A stretch of 64,000 nucleotides of DNA. Source: Oscillospiraceae bacterium. GTDB taxonomy: Bacteria; Bacillota; Clostridia; Oscillospirales; Oscillospiraceae. A model generated the notes under the pieces. The model ran no database searches. It was not told the origin of the DNA and worked only from the letters and a program-made list of their open reading frames with translations. The DNA lies in contig JAGAMC010000025.1 of assembly GCA_017624915.1 (NCBI GenBank), positions 14,917-78,916 on the forward strand. The letters run 5' to 3'. The position numbers were made by a program, and so were the translations under genes. Shown here piece by piece: positions 57,249 through 64,000 of this stretch (position 1 is the stretch's first letter; every line of letters starts with the position of its first letter).

Positions 57249-58358
57249 ATGTACAAGCGTTCTCTTTGCCTGCTTTCTGCGCTGCTGGTTATGACCATGC
57301 TGCTGTCCGCCTGCGGCAGCACGCCGTCCGGCTCCGTATCCGAGTCCCTTGAACCGTCCGTGTCCGCCTTTGCACCGAGCGGCAGTACATCGCAGGAACT
57401 TCCGGATCCCGGGCCGGCATACACAAACCCGCTGACTGGCGAGGGGACTGAGGTCGACCTGACCGCCAACCGGCCTGTAGCCATTATGCTCAACAATCTG
57501 AGAAAGGCGCTGCCTCAGTGCGGCGTGTCTCAGGCAGATATGATTTATGAAGTGTGCGCCGAGGGCGGAATCACCCGCATGATGGCGGTGTTCCAGTCCC
57601 TGGATGGGGTGGGCAGCCTTGGCTCCGTGCGCTCCTCCCGTGCCTACTATGTGGATCTGGCGGCGGGTCTGGATGCCATCTACATCCATGCCGGCGGCAG
57701 TGACGGGGCTTACAGCGCCATCAAGCAGTACGGCGTATTCAATATTGACGGCGTCAACGGCCCCTACGGCGGCACGATGTTCTGGCGTGATGCCAACCGC
57801 AGAAAAACCGCCGGCTACGAGCACAGCCTGTTTACCTCCGAGGAGCGCATCGAAAAGCTGTTGTCCGGCTCCCTGTCCAAAATGCGCCAGACCCACAAGG
57901 AGGGCTACAGCCTGCCCCTGTCCTTTGGGGAAGACGGTACGCCAAATGGCAGCGATGCCAACACCATCAGCATCAGATTTTCCCAGTACAAGACAGGAGT
58001 TTTCACCTATGCCCCGCAGAGCAAGACCTATCTGGTCAGCCAGAAGGTGGATGGAAAGGACGGCCCCTACATGGACGGAAACAACGACCAGCAGGTTGCG
58101 GTGACCAACGTGCTGGTGCTGTGTACGGACATTTCCCGGATCCCCGGCGATACCGCCGGGCGGCTTGATGTGCGCCTGACCGGAAGCGGGGACGGATGGT
58201 TTGCGTGCGGCGGCAAGTATATTCCCATTACATGGAGTAAGGCCTCTGCCAACGAGGCGTTCCGGTTCACTGCCGCTGATGGTCAGGAACTGGAACTGGG
58301 CGTGGGCAAGACCTATATCAATATTGTTGACGACAGCGATCCGGTGACCTTCGGATGA
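57249..58358 (+). CDS. DUF3048 (YerB-like) lipoprotein
   Basis: Lipobox LSAC; NPLTG, RPVAIMLNN, Q.G.SQAD..YE...EGGITR, G.VRS.R.YY. Confidence 0.85.
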   Translation: MYKRSLCLLSALLVMTMLLSACGSTPSGSVSESLEPSVSAFAPSGSTSQELPDPGPAYTNPLTGEGTEVDLTANRPVAIMLNNLRKALPQCGVSQADMIYEVCAEGGITRMMAVFQSLDGVGSLGSVRSSRAYYVDLAAGLDAIYIHAGGSDGAYSAIKQYGVFNIDGVNGPYGGTMFWRDANRRKTAGYEHSLFTSEERIEKLLSGSLSKMRQTHKEGYSLPLSFGEDGTPNGSDANTISIRFSQYKTGVFTYAPQSKTYLVSQKVDGKDGPYMDGNNDQQVAVTNVLVLCTDISRIPGDTAGRLDVRLTGSGDGWFACGGKYIPITWSKASANEAFRFTAADGQELELGVGKTYINIVDDSDPVTFG

Positions 58359-58361
58359 TTT

Positions 58362-58394
58362 AAAAAGTGCGCCGCCTTAGGCGGCGCACTTTTT
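58362..58394. terminator. Bidirectional intrinsic terminator
   Basis: aaaaagtgcgccgcct-t-aggcggcgcacttttt. Confidence 0.8.
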
Positions 58395-58773
58395 ACAGGA
58401 TATTTTTCAGCGTCAGCTGCTCCATCTCTGCCAGCAGACCCAGCTGGGTGATAAGTTTGGCGTTGGCGGCATTGTACTGGTCGGACTCCTCCAGCTTCAG
58501 GTACTCCTGTACCTCGTGAAAGGTCAGGAGGATCTCGTCAATATCCACATGGCGCAGCAGAGAATGAAAGTAGAAGCCGTGTTTTTCCCAGTCTGCATAG
58601 ACCTGCCGGGTGATCCGCTCCGATTCATCCCAGTCGCCCCGGGACGCAAGCTGCTGAGCCCGGGTCAGCTGCTGTTCGTACCCGCCGATGATGCTGGTGA
58701 GGTATTGACTGTTGCCCAGCGTGCCGCCCAGCAGAACAAACAGAATGGCCGCGGCGATCCACAGATGCTTCAT
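58393..58773 (-). CDS. DUF4363 family protein
   Basis: N-terminal TM, W......F...LRH.DID.I, C-terminal E.LTLKNIL. Confidence 0.75.
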   Translation of the reverse strand: MKHLWIAAAILFVLLGGTLGNSQYLTSIIGGYEQQLTRAQQLASRGDWDESERITRQVYADWEKHGFYFHSLLRHVDIDEILLTFHEVQEYLKLEESDQYNAANAKLITQLGLLAEMEQLTLKNIL

Positions 58774-59462
58774 GCTCCGGCCTCCTTTGCTGTCTGCTTG
58801 GGAAAGAGCTTTACCTGCCCCAGTTCATCCACCGTCATAAGAAAGACGTGGGCAGGGGAGGAGCAGTGGTGTTGGTTTACCTGCTCCTCCAGCCAGGCAA
58901 GATCGTGACCGGAGGTCTTAAGGTTGTTTTCCAATACCCGGCCGTCGCTGATCAGGATCACGGGCAGACCGCTTTCGTGGGTCTTGACGGACAGCTGGTG
59001 GGCAGAGGGCGGCTTTTCACTGGCATAGGGCAGGACGGACAGCTGCCCGTTGGTCTCCAGAATGGCATATTTGATTTTGGAAAGATCGGTATACCCGTTC
59101 ATGCGCAGATCCTCGAGCAGCTCGTCCACGGTAAAGCGGTTGCGGTGCATCTCCTTTTGGTCCGGAGTGCCGTTGCGTACCACGATGCTGGGCTTTCCGC
59201 ACATGAGGATGCGAAAGCGCACGAACCGCATGGTCAGCACGGAAAAGATCATGGTCATGGACAGCAGGGTCAGAATGGGGATCACGCCTGTGAGCAGGGG
59301 AATGCCGAAGTCCTGCATGGGGACGGCGGCAAGGTCTGCGATCAGCAGGGAAAGCACCAGCTCCGACGGCTCAAGTTCGCCCACCTGCCGTTTTCCCATC
59401 AGACGGATGCCGGCGATGATGAGGATATAAAGGATAATGGTGCGGATAAAGGCGATGACCAA
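58770..59462 (-). CDS. DUF421 (YetF) family membrane protein
   Basis: RLMGKRQVGEL, GKPSIV..NG, FTVDELLE.LR, A.LETNG.LSV. Confidence 0.9.
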   Translation of the reverse strand: MVIAFIRTIILYILIIAGIRLMGKRQVGELEPSELVLSLLIADLAAVPMQDFGIPLLTGVIPILTLLSMTMIFSVLTMRFVRFRILMCGKPSIVVRNGTPDQKEMHRNRFTVDELLEDLRMNGYTDLSKIKYAILETNGQLSVLPYASEKPPSAHQLSVKTHESGLPVILISDGRVLENNLKTSGHDLAWLEEQVNQHHCSSPAHVFLMTVDELGQVKLFPKQTAKEAGA

Positions 59463-59584
59463 GAAATGATCACTCCTTTGCAGAATGTATACGGTTATTA
59501 TGACTTTGAAAAACGAAAATATCCCCCTGCGTTTTGGACAATCATACGGAATTTGAAAAAGCTGAAAAAGCGGGAGAGAAATGC

Positions 59585-59613
59585 TTGCATTTTAAACAGG
59601 TTTTGGGTAAAAT
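59585..59613 (+). promoter_or_regulatory. Sigma-A type promoter of carAB
   Basis: TTGCAT-N17-TAAAAT. Confidence 0.65.
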
Positions 59614-59630
59614 TATAAAGACGAACTTTG

Positions 59631-59687
59631 GGAGTTGCTACGCGCCACCCACGCTTATGGTGGATGCGCGCGGTTGCTCCTTTTTTT
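59631..59687 (+). promoter_or_regulatory. Leader terminator/attenuator upstream of carA
   Basis: Long imperfect hairpin (ggag/ctcc, cgcgc/gcgcg, ccacc/ggtgg) plus T7, located between promoter and RBS. Confidence 0.6.
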
Positions 59688-59720
59688 CAAGAGCAAACGA
59701 GAAAGGCGGGATGCACAGAT

Positions 59721-60803
59721 ATGAAGGCGACTCTTATTCTGGAAAACGGAAGTGTATTTACCGGCACGAGCATCGGCTGCACGGAGGACAAGGTCTGCCA
59801 GCTGGTGTTCAACACCTCCATGGTGGGCTATCAGGAGCTTCTGACCGACCCCTCCTGCGCGGGTCAGGGTATCGTTATGTCCTATCCTCTGGTGGGCAAC
59901 TACGGTGTCAATGAGGAGGACTGCCAGTCCTCCCGCGTTTGGGCAGAAGCCATCGTGGTTCGCCGGCTTTCTGACCGGGGCAGCAATTTCCGCTGCCAGG
60001 GCGACCTGAATACCTACCTGAAGCAGAACAACGTTACCGGCATCCAGGGTGTTGACACCCGTGCCCTGACCAAAATACTCCGCAACGAGGGGAGCATGAA
60101 TGCTATGCTCACCTGTGCGGAGCATTTTAATGTCAGCGAGGTAATGGAAAAAATCAAGGCTTACAAGGTCGCCGGAAAGGTGGAGCAGGTCTCCCGCAGC
60201 CAGCCGGAGAGCTTTGAGGCGCAGGGTGACAGCCGCTGTCATGCGGCGGTGCTGGACTTCGGTGTCACCAACAGTCTGGTGGCCCATATGCTCAGCCGTG
60301 GCTGCAAGGTGACGGTGTTGCCCGCGAATACCGGGGCGCAGGACGTGCTGGACGGAGGTTACGACGGCGTGCTGCTTTCCGGCGGCCCCGGCGACCCGGC
60401 TGAAAACGAACAGATCATCGGACAGATCAAAGCGCTTTATGAAAGCGACCTGCCCCTGTTCGGTATCGGCCTTGGTCACCAGATGCTGGCCATTGCCGCC
60501 GGCGCAAAGACCGTCGCCCTGCCTTACGGTCACCGGGGCGGCAACATCCCCGTGCGCGATGTGGAGAAGGGCAAGATCTATATCACCAGCCAGAACCACG
60601 GTTATGTGGTGGACAAGGACAGCGTGGACTGCGCAGTGGCACAGGTCAGCCACATCAACGTCAACGACGGCAGTGTGGAGGGCCTGAAGTACAGCCGCCC
60701 CAACTGCTTCTCCGTGCAGTACGACCCCGAGGGCAACAAGGGCCCCGTAGAGACGGAATATCTTTTTGACCGCATGGTCGCCATTATGGGAGGTGACAAG
60801 TAA
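59721..60803 (+). CDS. carA: Carbamoyl-phosphate synthase small subunit
   Basis: [52 protein letters not shown]. The catalytic region reads FGIGLGHQ (see findings). Confidence 0.95.
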   Translation: MKATLILENGSVFTGTSIGCTEDKVCQLVFNTSMVGYQELLTDPSCAGQGIVMSYPLVGNYGVNEEDCQSSRVWAEAIVVRRLSDRGSNFRCQGDLNTYLKQNNVTGIQGVDTRALTKILRNEGSMNAMLTCAEHFNVSEVMEKIKAYKVAGKVEQVSRSQPESFEAQGDSRCHAAVLDFGVTNSLVAHMLSRGCKVTVLPANTGAQDVLDGGYDGVLLSGGPGDPAENEQIIGQIKALYESDLPLFGIGLGHQMLAIAAGAKTVALPYGHRGGNIPVRDVEKGKIYITSQNHGYVVDKDSVDCAVAQVSHINVNDGSVEGLKYSRPNCFSVQYDPEGNKGPVETEYLFDRMVAIMGGDK

Positions 60804-63800
60804 TGCCTATGTATCCTGGTATCAAAAAGGTCATGGTGCTGGGCTCCGGCCCCATCGTCATCGGTCAGGCTGCTGAGTTCGACTACGCCGGCACCCAGGC
60901 CTGCCGTGCCCTGAAGGAAGAGGGACTGGAGGTCGTTCTTGTCAACTCTAACCCCGCTACCATTATGACCGACAAGGATATTGCCGATCACGTCTATATT
61001 GAGCCGCTGAACATCCCCTCCATAACCCAGATCATTGAGAAGGAGCGCCCTGACGCTCTGCTGCCCAATCTGGGTGGCCAGACCGGCCTGAATATGGCCA
61101 TGGCCCTGTACGAAAACGGCACGCTGGAAAAGTATTCCGTCAAGCTGCTGGGCACCAGCCCCGAGTCCATCCACAAGGCGGAGGACCGTCAGGGTTTCAA
61201 GGACTGCATGGAATCCATCAATCAGCCCTGTGTCACCTCCAAGGTGGTGGAGAGCGTGGAGGATGCGGTGGCCTTTACCAACGAGATCGGATACCCTGTC
61301 ATCGTGCGCCCTGCCTACACTCTGGGCGGCACCGGCGGCGGCATTGCCTATGACGAATTTTCCCTGCGGGAGATCTCTGGCCGCGGCATCAACCTGTCCC
61401 GTGTGGGTCAGGTGCTCATCGAGCGCTGCATTGCCGGCTGGAAGGAGATCGAGTTCGAGGTCATGCGCGACAGCGCCGGCAACGTCATCACCATCTGCTC
61501 CATGGAAAATGTGGACCCCGTTGGCGTGCACACCGGCGACTCCATCGTGGTGGCGCCCACCCAGACTCTGGCCAACAAGGAGTTCCAGATGCTGCGCAGC
61601 GCCGCGCTGGATATCATCAACGCCCTGGAGATCGAGGGCGGCTGCAACGTCCAGTTCGCCCTGAATCCCGAGAGCTTTGAGTACGCCGTTATCGAGGTCA
61701 ACCCCCGTGTGTCCCGCTCCTCTGCTCTGGCTTCCAAGGCCACGGGCTACTCCATCGCCAAGGTGGCGGCCAAGGTTGCTCTGGGCTACACCCTGGACGA
61801 GATCGCCAACGCCGTTACCGGTACCACCATGGCCTGCTTCGAGCCCACCATCGACTACGTGGTGCTCAAGATCCCCCGTCTGCCCTTTGACAAGTTCACC
61901 ACCGCCAGCCGTACGCTGGGCACCCAGATGAAGGCCACCGGCGAGGTCATGGCCATCGCCAACTCCTTCGAGGGCGCGTTGATGAAGGCAATCCGCTCTC
62001 TGGAGCTGAACGTCCGGGCGCTGAAGCTGGACAAGCTGGAGGGGCTGTATACCGACGAGATCGAGGATATGCTGGTCAATGTCACCGACGAGCGCCTATT
62101 CGTGGTGGCAGAGGCACTACGCCGCGGTATCTCTCCCAGGAAGATCAACCACATCACCAAGATGGACATCTGGTTCCTGGACGGCTTCAAGCGCATCATC
62201 GACATGGAGGAGGAGCTGAAAGCCTGCAAGGGCCAGCCCGACATCGACACCCTCAAGCGTGCCAAGGACATGTGCTTTGCCGACAGCTATATCGGCACCC
62301 TGTGCGGCATGAAGCAGGCCGAGGTCAAGGCCCTGCGCGAAAGCTACGGCATCATCCCCTCCTTCAAGAAGGTGGACACCTGCGCCGGCGAGTTTGACGC
62401 CGCCACGCCCTATTATTACTCATCCTACGACGGGGAGAACGAGGCCGCGGACAGCGGCGAGGAGCGCAAGAAGGTGCTGGTGTTGGGCTCCGGACCCATC
62501 CGTATCGGTCAGGGTATCGAGTTCGACTACTGCTCTGTCCATTCCGTGTGGGCTTTCCGCCGCCTGGGCTATGAGACTATCATCGTCAACAACAACCCCG
62601 AGACGGTTTCCACCGACTTCGACGTGGCGGACAAGCTCTATTTCGAGCCCCTGACCGCCGAGGACGTGCAGAACATCGTGGAGCAGGAAAAGCCCTGGGG
62701 CGCCGTGGTCCAGTTCGGCGGCCAGACCGCCATCAAGCTGGCCAAGGCGCTGACCGATATGGGCGTGCGCATTCTGGGCACCTCCTCCGACGGCGTGGAC
62801 GCCGCCGAGGACCGTGAACGCTTTGACGAAATTCTGGAAAAGTGCAACATCCCCCGTGCCAAGGGCAAGACCATCTTCACCACCGAAGAGGCCCTCAAGG
62901 CCGCCAACGAGCTGGGCTATCCCGTGCTGGTGCGCCCCTCCTACGTGCTGGGCGGACAGGGTATGGAGATCGCTTACTCCGACCGCAATATCGAGGAGTT
63001 CATGAAGATCATCAACATGACCGTTCAGGAGCATCCCGTGCTGGTGGATAAGTACCTTATGGGCCGGGAGCTGGAAGTGGACGGCGTATTTGACGGCGAG
63101 GACATCCTCATCCCCGGCATTATGGAGCACGTGGAGCGTGCCGGTGTCCATTCCGGTGACTCCATCGCCGTGTATCCCCCTCTGAATCTGGAGGAGAAGC
63201 ACAGGGAGAAGATCCTCAAGCATACCCAGAACATGGCCAAGCATCTGGGCGTTATCGGTCTGATCAATGCCCAGTATATCCTCTATGATGACGACATCTA
63301 TGTCATCGAGGTCAATCCCCGCTCCTCCCGCACCATTCCCTATATCTCCAAGGTCACCGGCGTGCCCATCATCGACCTTGCCACCAAGGTCATGCTGGGC
63401 CAGAAGCTGAAGGATCTGGAGTACGGCACCGGCATCTATCAGGAGGCCGAGTACTACGCTGTTAAGGCCCCCGTCTTCTCCTTTGAAAAGCTCACCGATG
63501 TGGATACCGGACTTGGCCCGGAAATGAAGTCCACCGGCGAGGTGCTGGGTCTTGCCCAGACCTATCCCCAGGCCCTGCTCAAGGCCTTCAAGGGTTCCGG
63601 TATGCGCGCACCCAAAAAGGGCGGCCGCATCATCATCACCGTCAAGGACGAGGACAAGAAGGAAATCGTCTCCATCGCCCGGGGCTTTGAGGAGATGGGC
63701 ATCGAACTGTATGCCACCTCCGGCACCTGCGATGTGCTGACTGAGGCCGGGATCGAGTGCAGACGTGTCAACCGCGTGTCTCAGGCACATCCCAATATTC

Positions 63801-64000
63801 TGGACATGATCGCCTCCGGTACGGTGGACCTGATCATCAATACTCCCACCAAGGGCCGCAAGCACGATACCGACGGTTTCAAGATCCGCCGTTCTGCTGT
63901 GGAGCATTCCGTGGGCTGTGTGACCGCCATCGATACTGCCCGGGCCCTGCTCACTGTCCGCCAGCAGAGCCGCAGTGAGGAACTGACCCCCATCGACATT
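60803..64000 (+). CDS. carB: Carbamoyl-phosphate synthase large subunit (runs off the window end)
   Basis: Manually read from ATG 60803: [34 protein letters not shown]...; second repeat [15 protein letters not shown]; MGS domain at the end; no stop before 64000. Confidence 0.96.
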   Translation, partial: MPMYPGIKKVMVLGSGPIVIGQAAEFDYAGTQACRALKEEGLEVVLVNSNPATIMTDKDIADHVYIEPLNIPSITQIIEKERPDALLPNLGGQTGLNMAMALYENGTLEKYSVKLLGTSPESIHKAEDRQGFKDCMESINQPCVTSKVVESVEDAVAFTNEIGYPVIVRPAYTLGGTGGGIAYDEFSLREISGRGINLSRVGQVLIERCIAGWKEIEFEVMRDSAGNVITICSMENVDPVGVHTGDSIVVAPTQTLANKEFQMLRSAALDIINALEIEGGCNVQFALNPESFEYAVIEVNPRVSRSSALASKATGYSIAKVAAKVALGYTLDEIANAVTGTTMACFEPTIDYVVLKIPRLPFDKFTTASRTLGTQMKATGEVMAIANSFEGALMKAIRSLELNVRALKLDKLEGLYTDEIEDMLVNVTDERLFVVAEALRRGISPRKINHITKMDIWFLDGFKRIIDMEEELKACKGQPDIDTLKRAKDMCFADSYIGTLCGMKQAEVKALRESYGIIPSFKKVDTCAGEFDAATPYYYSSYDGENEAADSGEERKKVLVLGSGPIRIGQGIEFDYCSVHSVWAFRRLGYETIIVNNNPETVSTDFDVADKLYFEPLTAEDVQNIVEQEKPWGAVVQFGGQTAIKLAKALTDMGVRILGTSSDGVDAAEDRERFDEILEKCNIPRAKGKTIFTTEEALKAANELGYPVLVRPSYVLGGQGMEIAYSDRNIEEFMKIINMTVQEHPVLVDKYLMGRELEVDGVFDGEDILIPGIMEHVERAGVHSGDSIAVYPPLNLEEKHREKILKHTQNMAKHLGVIGLINAQYILYDDDIYVIEVNPRSSRTIPYISKVTGVPIIDLATKVMLGQKLKDLEYGTGIYQEAEYYAVKAPVFSFEKLTDVDTGLGPEMKSTGEVLGLAQTYPQALLKAFKGSGMRAPKKGGRIIITVKDEDKKEIVSIARGFEEMGIELYATSGTCDVLTEAGIECRRVNRVSQAHPNILDMIASGTVDLIINTPTKGRKHDTDGFKIRRSAVEHSVGCVTAIDTARALLTVRQQSRSEELTPIDI

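Noticed and set aside
59614-59700. PyrR-binding loop
   Set aside because: The consensus ARUCCAGAGAGGYU was not found.
1-64000. Autonomous IS, integrase, reverse transcriptase or defence-system genes
   Set aside because: No ORF with transposase, tyrosine or serine recombinase, RT, Cas or restriction-modification motifs was seen in the window.

Overview
Chromosomal window from a high-GC (about 60%) spore-forming Clostridia-class bacterium, probably Oscillospiraceae-like (inferred from gene content and codon use). It is mostly housekeeping genes: queH, smc-ftsY-rph-rdgB-yhbY-nadD/yqeK-LCP-rsfS, wecB, trpS, gltX, leuA with a Leu T-box, mrnC-rqcH, tsaE-tsaB-upp, pcrA, nrdR, rlmA, glyA, nth-rarA and carAB (carB runs off the end). 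It also has transporters, sporulation-type small genes, one tRNA-Gln(CTG) and a decayed phage tail fragment at about 38.6-40.4 kb. The most unusual signal is a shared micro-insertion layout at two unrelated loci, the smc 3' end and the tRNA-Gln 3' end. The layout is: target gene end, then an inverted copy of the target site spanning the duplication junction, then a short hairpin-rich body, then a direct duplicate of the gene end starting at that junction. The junction-to-mirror distance is similar in all three instances (87, 84 and 92 nt). No recombinase is encoded in the window, so the mechanism is inferred, not shown. Start codons were adjusted by eye from RBS context. No database searches were run.
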